Shown: one piece after another, positions 25,919-33,720 of the stretch
Position numbering within the stretch: the first letter of the stretch is position 1
Layout: each line of letters begins with the position of its first letter
DNA from: a virus
UHGV virus genome: UHGV-1363679
DNA: 40,131 nucleotides
Reading direction: 5' to 3' (one strand)
Made by a program: the position numbers and the translations under genes
The notes under the pieces: model-generated
The model's database searches: none
What the model was told of the DNA's origin: nothing
The model's input: only the letters and a program-made list of their open reading frames with translations

Positions 25919-25933
25919 GAAAGGAAAATAAAT

Positions 25934-26392
25934 ATGGTGGATACTTTTAAAATTTATAAAGGCCAAACCGAAGTTGTTTCCGGCACATCACCTTTAACTA
26001 TAACAGGAATGGAACCTAACACCTCTGTGCCAGTTGGTGAGTACCAAGTAACTCGTGTTGTTAATGGGAAAGAATCAGAGCGAGTAGATATTCCAGCTTT
26101 TAAAACATTGTCTATTGCTGTAACTGGCTTAGAGTTTTCTCCTAAAACATCAACAGCAGATGCGGGTACTGCAGGTAGCCGACAAATCACAGCAACTGTT
26201 TTACCTGAAAATGCAACCAACAAGAAGGTAAACTATGATATTTCACCTGTAACAGAAGGTCTTGCTGTCTCTGAAACAGGAAATATTACTTGGACAGAAG
26301 CGGTACCGACTGGTGTTTATACCACAACAGGAACAACAGAGGATGGTAAAAAAACAGCTCAACACACCTTAACATTGAATAATCAAGCTTAA
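25934..26392 (+). CDS. Bacterial Ig-like (Big_2) domain protein, a candidate decoration / adhesion protein.
   Basis: ITATVLPENATNKKVNYDIS...GKKTAQHTLTL matches the Big_2 consensus (atvlP.nAtnk.vtW.S ... tatv.v). RBS GAAAGGAAAATAAAT-ATG. The ORF is in the same frame as the MTP -1 extension, separated only by TAA plus 15 nt. Confidence 0.65.
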   Translation: MVDTFKIYKGQTEVVSGTSPLTITGMEPNTSVPVGEYQVTRVVNGKESERVDIPAFKTLSIAVTGLEFSPKTSTADAGTAGSRQITATVLPENATNKKVNYDISPVTEGLAVSETGNITWTEAVPTGVYTTTGTTEDGKKTAQHTLTLNNQA

Positions 26393-26406
26393 AATATAAA
26401 TTTAGA

Positions 26407-26433
26407 GGGCAGCTTATCGGCTGCCCTTTTCTT
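26407..26433 (+). terminator. Rho-independent terminator (GGGCAGC-ttatcg-GCTGCCC followed by TTTTCTT) after the Big_2 gene.
   Basis: Perfect 7-bp GC-rich stem plus T-run. Confidence 0.65.
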
Positions 26434-26447
26434 ATGGAGGAAAAGGC

Positions 26448-26798
26448 ATGCAAATCGAAATTAAAGGAAAAAAATATAACTGTATTTTTGGAGTCAAGTT
26501 TATTCGTGAATTGGATAAGCAGCATGGGGTAGTTCGCAATGATGTGAATCTTGGAATGGGGTTAACAACATTATTACCGCAGCTAGTAAGTGGAAATATC
26601 GTTGTTTTATCTGATGTACTTTACACAGCTACCATTACGGAAAAAAGTAGACCTTCTAAGGATGAAGTAGATGAGTTTGTTGAAACTGTTGATGATATTG
26701 AGACATTATTTGATGAAACGTTGAAAAACTTAGAAGAAAGCAATGCGGGAAAGTTAACGGTCAGAAATTTCAAGAAAGCTCTGATGGAGAACAAGTAA
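26448..26798 (+). CDS. Tail assembly chaperone (gpG-like; 0-frame product).
   Basis: Position between the MTP region and TMP. Contains the slippery heptamer. Confidence 0.65.
   Translation: MQIEIKGKKYNCIFGVKFIRELDKQHGVVRNDVNLGMGLTTLLPQLVSGNIVVLSDVLYTATITEKSRPSKDEVDEFVETVDDIETLFDETLKNLEESNAGKLTVRNFKKALMENK
26765..26771 (+). other. Canonical -1 slippery heptamer A_AAT_TTC for the G/GT tail-chaperone frameshift. The -1 frame stays open from 26771 through ORF 26891..27148, giving a ~230-aa GT fusion ending at 27148.
   Basis: Manual translation. The -1 frame upstream of 26891 has no stop back to the heptamer. The heptamer is in the correct register of the 26448 frame. Confidence 0.7.
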
Positions 26799-26890
26799 GA
26801 GAGGAACTAAGCTCAGCTGAAGCTTATGAAAATATTCTTATTAATTGTTTTCGTTACCTAGAAATTACTGATTTATCAGAAATTGAACGA

Positions 26891-27148
26891 ATGACTTTGT
26901 ATGAATATGAAGTTAGGCTATTGGCGTTTCAGTTAAAAAGACTCGACCATGAAAGAGACCTCTATCTTCAATCTTGGCTAAATAACCAAATTAAGGCGAC
27001 TAAAGGTAAAAAATCTGAACCTTATTATAAGGAATTCAATAAGTTTTTCAATTATGAAGAACGAGAGAAGCTTATTTTGGGTAAATCATTAATTGATGAA
27101 AAAGTTGATATAGGAGCAATTGATTTATTAAGAAAAGCAAATAAGTAG
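26891..27148 (+). CDS. T portion of the tail-chaperone GT fusion (probably expressed only via the -1 frameshift, not as a stand-alone gene).
   Basis: In the -1 frame relative to gpG. Open back to the slippery site. Confidence 0.55.
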   Translation: MTLYEYEVRLLAFQLKRLDHERDLYLQSWLNNQIKATKGKKSEPYYKEFNKFFNYEEREKLILGKSLIDEKVDIGAIDLLRKANK

Positions 27149-27163
27149 GAAAGGAGGAAAATA

Positions 27164-30100
27164 ATGGAATCATATTCAGTCGAAGCAATACTTACTGCTA
27201 CTGATAGAACGTTTAGTAGCACGATGAGTAGCGCTGAACGTTCAATGGCTGGTGTAAACAAGCAATCTGGTGAGCTAGGGGATGGATTGGATAAAAGCAC
27301 CACTAAAGGGAATCAATTAGGCAAGTCAATTCTTAGTATTGGAGCAGGTGTGGGTGCCGTAAAATTAGTGTCTACGGCCGTAAATATGGTTAAGGATTCT
27401 GTTGAAGGAGCTATTAACCGTTTTGATACGTTGAATAAATATCCTGTAGTTATGAAGGCTCTAGGTTACTCAACAGAAGATGTAGATAGATCAATGACTA
27501 AGTTAAGTGATGGAATTGATGGGCTTCCTACATCGTTAGATGAAATCGTATCAAATACGCAACAGTTAGCAATTTCAACTGGTAGCTTGAGTAAAGGAAC
27601 TGACACAGCTATTGCATTAAATGATGCCTTTCTTGCTTCTGGAGCTTCAACTGCTGATGCAACTCGTGGTATGCAACAATATATTCAAATGCTCGGTAAG
27701 GGTGAAGTTGATATGCAGTCTTGGCGAACATTACAAGAAACAATGCCGATTGCGATGGATAAAGTTGCTAAGTCTTTCAAAGAACAAGGTGTAAACTCAG
27801 TTAACCAATTATATGATGCCTTAAAAGAAGGAGATATTACATTTAATGAGTTCAATAATCGTTTGATTGAGTTGGACAAAGGCGTAGGTGGTTTTGCGGA
27901 TTTAGCCAAGAAAAACTCAAAAGGTATCAAGACCTCATGGGCAAATATTAAAACAGCCACCGTTAAAGGTGTAACTACAGTTATTAAATCATTTGATGAA
28001 TTATCCAAAGCAGTGACAGGAAAAAATATTGCCGAAAACTTAGACTCTTTAAAAAATGTAGTTAATATAACTTTTAAGGCAATTGATGCAGCGATTCAAT
28101 CAACTATTCCGTTGATGAAACTATTCGGAAAAGCTATTACGTCGATATGTACAGCCTTAACACCATTACTACCAACAATTGCCAGTTTTGCTGCCACTTT
28201 TACAGCATTGAAAGTAATTCAGCAAGTGACAGGTTATATAAAACAATCTGAATTGGCAATCAAAGCTTATACAACCGCAATAAGTTTATACAATGGAATA
28301 TCAAAACTGGCAACGTTGTCTACCACAGCACTCGGAAGAGCATGGATGTTAAACTTAGCAGCCGATAAAGCCAATTCTGCAGCAATAGCAATAAAAACTG
28401 GTCTTTTAGTGGCGCAAAATACAATCATTGGCGTTTTGACCGGAACAATTAGTTTAGCTACAGTAGCTACAACTGTTTTTAGTACCGCTATGAAATTGTT
28501 GATGGGCCCTATTGGTTGGGTAACAGCTGCAATAGGAGGACTAGTAGCTGTAGGGGTAAACTTGTGGAAATGGTTAAATAAGGAAACTGAATCAACTAAG
28601 GCAGTTAAAAAAGAACAAGAAAGCCTTATGAAAACAACAGATGATTTGATTAAAAAGAATCAAGAACATGCACAATCACGAAAAGATGAAGCTATTGAAT
28701 TGGATAATACTAAAGAAAAATATAATTCAATGATTTCTGAAATGGAAATGCTCTCTGCAAAAGAGAAATTGAGTAACAGCGAGAAAAAACGCATGACAGA
28801 AATTGTTGAAGAGTTAAACGGTAAAATGACAGGTTTAAACTTAGTTTATGACGATCAAAAAAATATTTTATCTGAAATGCCTGGAACAATTCAACAACAA
28901 GTTGATGCCTATAATGCTTTAGATGAAGCTTCTCAAGCTCAAGAAAACATTAATCAAATGTTAAAAGAACGAAATGATAATGAAGCGAAGCTGATGGAAA
29001 TCAATGCCGCTAGAGAAAAATGGAATCAGACATTAAAAGAATCTGGCGGGAATACAAAAGAAGCTCGTGAAAATATTGAAAAGTTGGGCGAGCAAGAGCA
29101 AGTGTTAAAGGGCGTTCAACAGGAATTGACGAATGAAATTATAAATACAGCTAATGCCCATGAACAATCAATGCAGCGTGCAAGCCAAGCTGTGGAAAAT
29201 GGTGTGTTAAATCAAACAGTTTCATACAATGCTTTAAGTGGTAAGACGAAAGAAACAATGGATGCAATGCGTTCAGAATATTCATCACTTGAAGAAAAAG
29301 TAGGGAGCGCCTTTGATGTTATCCAGCAAAAACAAGCTATTTCAGTTGATCAAATGGCTGAAAATTTACAAAAAAATCAAGAAGCTGTTAGCCAATGGAG
29401 CACTAATATTGCTACATTAGCACAACGAGGGGTAGATGAAGGTCTTTTAGAGCAACTAAGAAAAATGGGGCCAGAAGGTGCTGCTCAAGCAGCAGAATTA
29501 GTTAATTCTTCAGACGAACAATTACAACGCTTAAATGATGTTTATCGTAATACAGGCGAAACTTCCATGAACGCAATGAAAGAAGGTTATCAGTTAGGTA
29601 AAAATGGTGTAAATGAGGAAATAGCAAGCTTAATCCCAACACAAAAAGATACATTAATGACACAAATTAAGAGCACCGATTTTAATAGCGTTGGTCTAAG
29701 TGTAACCGAAAACTTTAAAGCAGGTATTGAGAACGGGCGTACAGCAGTCGAAGAAATGACCAAAGGAATTGTTCCTAAAGTCGGGGAAGACATGAAAGGG
29801 GAAGTCCAAAAAGCTGATTTCAGAGGTATTGGTAAGTCCATTCCTCAAGGATTAGAAAAAGGTGTTGACGACGGCAAAGGAGTTCCTGTAAAAACATCTA
29901 ATCAAATGATTGATGATATTGTTTCTGGTGCCAGAAAAGGTTTAGATTCTCACTCTCCTTCTCGTGTATTTCACTCAATTGGTGAAGATGTTGATTCTGG
30001 ATTATCAAACGGTATCGAACAAAACGCAATGAATCCAGTAAGAGCTGTTGAGTCTATTGTTGATAAAATAATTTCTGCAATGGATAAATTGCCATCAGAA

Positions 30101-30571
30101 ATGAATTCTATCGGAGCAAATGCAATTGATGGATTGACTAATGGTATTAACGCCAATGCTAATAGTGCTTTAGCTGCAGCAAGAGGTGTGGCAGATCAAA
30201 TTGTAAGTACAATGAAAAGCGCTATGGATATTCATTCTCCATCACGTGTAATGCGTGACGAAGTAGGTAAAATGATTCCTGCAGGAGTAGCGGTTGGTAT
30301 TGATAAATATTCAAACTTTGTAGAAAAATCTATGCAACGACTAAGTAAAAAAGTAGCCATGCCAGCGCTGGATAATTTAAATTCAAATCTGTCATTTAGT
30401 GGCGGAACACAAAGTTTAGCGTTTTCTGGAGATGTATCTTCAAAATTCACTGTGGAGGTACCTGTTATTTTCGATAGTTCAGAGGTTGCAAGGGTTATTG
30501 CTAAACCAATGAGTAAAGAATTGCAGAATCAACAAGATAAAAAGAATGTTTCTTTAGGAAGGAGGCGCTAA
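27164..30571 (+). CDS. Tape measure protein (1135 aa).
   Basis: Length. Long helical/TM-rich middle. C-terminal repeated HSPSRV motifs (DSHSPSRVFHSIGEDV, DIHSPSRVMRDEVGKM). Position after G/GT. Confidence 0.9.
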   Translation: MESYSVEAILTATDRTFSSTMSSAERSMAGVNKQSGELGDGLDKSTTKGNQLGKSILSIGAGVGAVKLVSTAVNMVKDSVEGAINRFDTLNKYPVVMKALGYSTEDVDRSMTKLSDGIDGLPTSLDEIVSNTQQLAISTGSLSKGTDTAIALNDAFLASGASTADATRGMQQYIQMLGKGEVDMQSWRTLQETMPIAMDKVAKSFKEQGVNSVNQLYDALKEGDITFNEFNNRLIELDKGVGGFADLAKKNSKGIKTSWANIKTATVKGVTTVIKSFDELSKAVTGKNIAENLDSLKNVVNITFKAIDAAIQSTIPLMKLFGKAITSICTALTPLLPTIASFAATFTALKVIQQVTGYIKQSELAIKAYTTAISLYNGISKLATLSTTALGRAWMLNLAADKANSAAIAIKTGLLVAQNTIIGVLTGTISLATVATTVFSTAMKLLMGPIGWVTAAIGGLVAVGVNLWKWLNKETESTKAVKKEQESLMKTTDDLIKKNQEHAQSRKDEAIELDNTKEKYNSMISEMEMLSAKEKLSNSEKKRMTEIVEELNGKMTGLNLVYDDQKNILSEMPGTIQQQVDAYNALDEASQAQENINQMLKERNDNEAKLMEINAAREKWNQTLKESGGNTKEARENIEKLGEQEQVLKGVQQELTNEIINTANAHEQSMQRASQAVENGVLNQTVSYNALSGKTKETMDAMRSEYSSLEEKVGSAFDVIQQKQAISVDQMAENLQKNQEAVSQWSTNIATLAQRGVDEGLLEQLRKMGPEGAAQAAELVNSSDEQLQRLNDVYRNTGETSMNAMKEGYQLGKNGVNEEIASLIPTQKDTLMTQIKSTDFNSVGLSVTENFKAGIENGRTAVEEMTKGIVPKVGEDMKGEVQKADFRGIGKSIPQGLEKGVDDGKGVPVKTSNQMIDDIVSGARKGLDSHSPSRVFHSIGEDVDSGLSNGIEQNAMNPVRAVESIVDKIISAMDKLPSEMNSIGANAIDGLTNGINANANSALAAARGVADQIVSTMKSAMDIHSPSRVMRDEVGKMIPAGVAVGIDKYSNFVEKSMQRLSKKVAMPALDNLNSNLSFSGGTQSLAFSGDVSSKFTVEVPVIFDSSEVARVIAKPMSKELQNQQDKKNVSLGRRR

Positions 30572-31501
30572 ATGTTATACAACTTTATTGATGTAAATGA
30601 ACAACAAACAAAAGCCTCTTTGCCTTCGGAAGCCATGAATTTTAATGGTTCCTTTTTAGAAGATTTAGTTCCAGGTTATAGAACATTATCTGTTGTTGGA
30701 AGAGAGTTAGCTCCTACTGAGATACAAAGCTACCAGTTGGGAATTCGTGATGGAATGCGACATGTTTATGCTCGTATTCCGGAAAGAGAATTAACGGTTA
30801 AATTCAAAGTTGAGGCTAACTCTAACGAAGCGTTTAGGGATTCTTTTAACAGACTAAACGTTGCTTTGTTTACAGAAAAAGATGTACAGATTTGGTTTAA
30901 TGATGAACCAGAAATGCTTTGGTCGGGTAGTAAATCAGACATTGATGCAGTTCCTGAGGGATTGAATCGAGTCGTTGGTACATTTACAATTTTGTTGAAT
31001 AATCCATATAAATATACTCGAAGCGATGCTACTAGTGTTATGTGGGGTTCAACAGAAATAACGTTTCAGGCTAACTATCTTATGGGTAATACTGGATCAG
31101 GGGCTGTTGACTTACCAATTACGATTGAAGGCGGAGCATACTGGGGATCTACTATGATTACTTTTCAAAACCGTTCCTATTTAATGGGGGATAACGGTCA
31201 AGAGGTGAAGCCAATTGAAATATATCCAACTGTTGAAGGGTTAAAAGTAAAACCGATTATTACTATAAAAGGCACTGGTAGAGGCGTGTGGATAAAAACT
31301 AGAAGCGATACTATTGATATTGGTGATTTTGATAAATCAGAAATAGTGATTGATACAGAACAGTTTAATATTACGAAAAATGGGAAGCCAATGATTCGTC
31401 CTATGAACGATTTTTATATTTATCCAAATGAGCCACTATACATCCAAGCGAAAGATAGTACTTTTAATCTAACTATTCGATATCCAAATCGTTTCTTATA
31501 G
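30572..31501 (+). CDS. Distal tail protein (Dit).
   Basis: ~300 aa immediately after TMP (AGGAGG-cgctaa-ATG). Confidence 0.7.
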   Translation: MLYNFIDVNEQQTKASLPSEAMNFNGSFLEDLVPGYRTLSVVGRELAPTEIQSYQLGIRDGMRHVYARIPERELTVKFKVEANSNEAFRDSFNRLNVALFTEKDVQIWFNDEPEMLWSGSKSDIDAVPEGLNRVVGTFTILLNNPYKYTRSDATSVMWGSTEITFQANYLMGNTGSGAVDLPITIEGGAYWGSTMITFQNRSYLMGDNGQEVKPIEIYPTVEGLKVKPIITIKGTGRGVWIKTRSDTIDIGDFDKSEIVIDTEQFNITKNGKPMIRPMNDFYIYPNEPLYIQAKDSTFNLTIRYPNRFL

Positions 31502-31517
31502 GAGGTGTTGCTAAAAT

Positions 31518-33536
31518 ATGTTGATGGCAATGGATTTAAAAAGAGAATACACGGCAGTTTTAGATAACGCTTATAATGTTGGATATGAAAAAATTGAAAA
31601 TCAAATAGGGAATCTAGAATTTTCAATGCCGTTGGATGATCCTAAAAATGAATTTTTGCAAGAAATGTTATGGGTTGAACTAACAGATAATGAGAATGAA
31701 TATATAGGGTTATACCGTGTTATGCCTTCAACGGTTCGCAAAGATGCTAGTAACAATTCAATCACGTATACGGCAAATGAAGCCCTGTGTACTTTGCTAG
31801 ACACAGTTCTTTTTGGTTATCATGAACTAGTGAATCGAAAAACGGTTGATGTTATTAACTATCTTTTGAATAAACAAAGGACAAAACACTGGGTTTTAAA
31901 AAAATGTGAATTCACTCGGTATTTTAGTTATGCATGGGAAAATGAAAATGGTCTCGCTGATGCCTTGTTTAGTATTCCTCAAGCATTTGATGAAGACTAT
32001 ATGTGGCAATGGAATACCCGAGTTTATCCATTTGAATTATCTTTAGTGAAGCCACCAACAGAGCCTATTGCTCGTATTCAAGAAGGATATAATATGCAAG
32101 GATTTGAGATTGAAAGAGATCCCAACAATTTAGTTAATCGAGTTTATCCTTTAGGTGCTGGTGAAGGCGTCAATCAGATAAATATTAAATCAGTAAATAA
32201 AAATATTCCTTATGTTGAAGATGCAAAGTCTATAAAAGAACATGGTTTAGTTGAATATGTTTGGGTAGACCAACGATTCACAGTTCCACAAGCTTTAAAA
32301 GACAATGCAATCAACATGTTAAAAAAATGGGCACAACCTAAAATTTCTTGGGATGTGACTGCGGCTGATTTATTGAAATTAACAGATGAACCTTTAAGCA
32401 TTGATAAGTTAAGACAAGGAACTGTGATTATGATCAACACAGATGAATTTGGAAGTATAAATTTGCGTATAAAAAAAGAGACAAAACAGGATGTGTTCGG
32501 CGCCCCACAAGATATTCAGCTAGAGCTTGGTAATTTATCTGACGATTTTACTACAACAATGTCTGATTTGAAACGTAAACAGGAAATAAATGAGACATAC
32601 TCGCAAGGTGCAACGAATATTTTGAACTACAGTTATCAAGATAACTGCGAAAAGGCATACCCAGCAGAAATTGAATTCTTCTTAGATGATGATGTTTTTC
32701 ATGTAAATACTGTGGAACTGACTTTTAAAACTAAGCGCTATCGTGGTTATACAAAAGCCGTAAAAGGCGGAGGAGCTACAGTAAAAAGTACGTCAGCTGG
32801 TGGAGCTTCAACACAAACGAGTTCAGCTGGTGGTGGAAGTGTCGTTTCAAGTTCAGCTGGAGGAGGCTATTCTAGCGGATCCACCACAGGTGGCGGAGGA
32901 GGTAGTATTCAATCTAGTTCTGTAAATGGACAAAGTTCTCAAACAAGTTCTGCTGGTGGAGATCATAATCACCTAGTTGCAACTAATAATGGTAGCACTG
33001 AATCAAGTGCATTTTATCGAGAAATGGATGCGGGGTCAGGTATGAGATTTAGACTGATGTCGACTGCATCAACAGATTGGTACACAAAGACGAGCTCAGG
33101 TAATCATACTCATAACGTGACTACACCAGCGCATTCTCATACTGTAAATACGCCTAATCATAGTCACAATTTTAATATTTCTATACCAAACCATACTCAC
33201 AGCATATCGGTTCCTAGCCATAGCCACCAAGTAAGAATACCGGCACATACACACCAAATTACTTTACCTGATCATAGCCATCCATTAGAATGGGGGATTT
33301 ATGAGGCGCCAAGTAGCGCAACTAGTGTTGATATAGTTGTAGATGGTACCACCATTCCAGTTCATGATACTAGCCAACAAAGACTAAACATTGTTAATTA
33401 CCTTAGGAAAACTAGTGGCGGTAAAATCTCTAGAGGTAATCATACAATCAAGATAATACCTAACAAACTTGCACGAATCGAAGCGCAGGTTATTTGTCGT
33501 GTCTTTATACAATCACAATTAGGAGGACAATTTTAA
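31518..33536 (+). CDS. Tail-associated lysin / baseplate hub (Tal, Prophage_tail N-domain) with a C-terminal fibre region.
   Basis: Position after Dit and length 672 aa. Gly/Ser-rich tract (32762..32965). Eight tandem H-x-H motifs (33102..33281). Confidence 0.7.
   Translation: MLMAMDLKREYTAVLDNAYNVGYEKIENQIGNLEFSMPLDDPKNEFLQEMLWVELTDNENEYIGLYRVMPSTVRKDASNNSITYTANEALCTLLDTVLFGYHELVNRKTVDVINYLLNKQRTKHWVLKKCEFTRYFSYAWENENGLADALFSIPQAFDEDYMWQWNTRVYPFELSLVKPPTEPIARIQEGYNMQGFEIERDPNNLVNRVYPLGAGEGVNQINIKSVNKNIPYVEDAKSIKEHGLVEYVWVDQRFTVPQALKDNAINMLKKWAQPKISWDVTAADLLKLTDEPLSIDKLRQGTVIMINTDEFGSINLRIKKETKQDVFGAPQDIQLELGNLSDDFTTTMSDLKRKQEINETYSQGATNILNYSYQDNCEKAYPAEIEFFLDDDVFHVNTVELTFKTKRYRGYTKAVKGGGATVKSTSAGGASTQTSSAGGGSVVSSSAGGGYSSGSTTGGGGGSIQSSSVNGQSSQTSSAGGDHNHLVATNNGSTESSAFYREMDAGSGMRFRLMSTASTDWYTKTSSGNHTHNVTTPAHSHTVNTPNHSHNFNISIPNHTHSISVPSHSHQVRIPAHTHQITLPDHSHPLEWGIYEAPSSATSVDIVVDGTTIPVHDTSQQRLNIVNYLRKTSGGKISRGNHTIKIIPNKLARIEAQVICRVFIQSQLGGQF
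33102..33281 (+). repeat. Coding tandem repeat: eight HxH motifs spaced ~7 residues apart (NHTHNVTTPAHSHTVNTPNHSHNFNISIPNHTHSISVPSHSHQVRIPAHTHQITLPDHSH) in Tal.
   Basis: Read from the translation. CAT/CAC-NNN-CAT/CAC codon periodicity in the DNA. Confidence 0.7.
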
Positions 33537-33710
33537 ATGAGATTAACAGTAAAACTAATTAGCAAACAAGAAGAATTTATAATTAATGATGAATCAGGTA
33601 AAACGTTAGATGATTATTTTGCAGAACTGATTGATAATAGTTCGCCATTCATCAAAATAGGAAATCGTATTTTACAAAAAGCTACAATTGAATACATTAA
33701 TGCAGAGTAG
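33537..33710 (+). CDS. Small hypothetical protein (57 aa) between Tal and the RBP.
   Basis: Manual: AGGAGG-acaattttaa-ATG, MRLTVKLISKQEEFIINDESGKTLDDYFAELIDNSSPFIKIGNRILQKATIEYINAE*. Confidence 0.4.
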   Translation: MRLTVKLISKQEEFIINDESGKTLDDYFAELIDNSSPFIKIGNRILQKATIEYINAE

Positions 33711-33720
33711 GAGTGAGAAA

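Noticed and set aside
25916-25936. Stop-codon read-through fusing the MTP -1 tag to the Big_2 protein
   Set aside because: It would require a -1 frameshift and then suppression of a strong TAA-G stop. The Big_2 ORF has its own good RBS, so independent initiation is the simpler explanation. The same-frame arrangement is reported as an evolutionary and functional clue instead.
26891-27148. Independent 85-aa gene downstream of the tail chaperone
   Set aside because: Its frame is open all the way back to a canonical slippery heptamer in gpG. It is almost certainly the T part of the G/GT frameshift product, so not counted as a separate gene of its own.
33102-33281. Short periodic DNA repeats (CAT/CAC triplets every ~21 nt) that could look like a repeat-spacer array
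   Set aside because: They are in-frame His codons of the Tal HxH motif inside a long ORF. No conserved ~30-bp repeat unit. No CRISPR array anywhere in the window.
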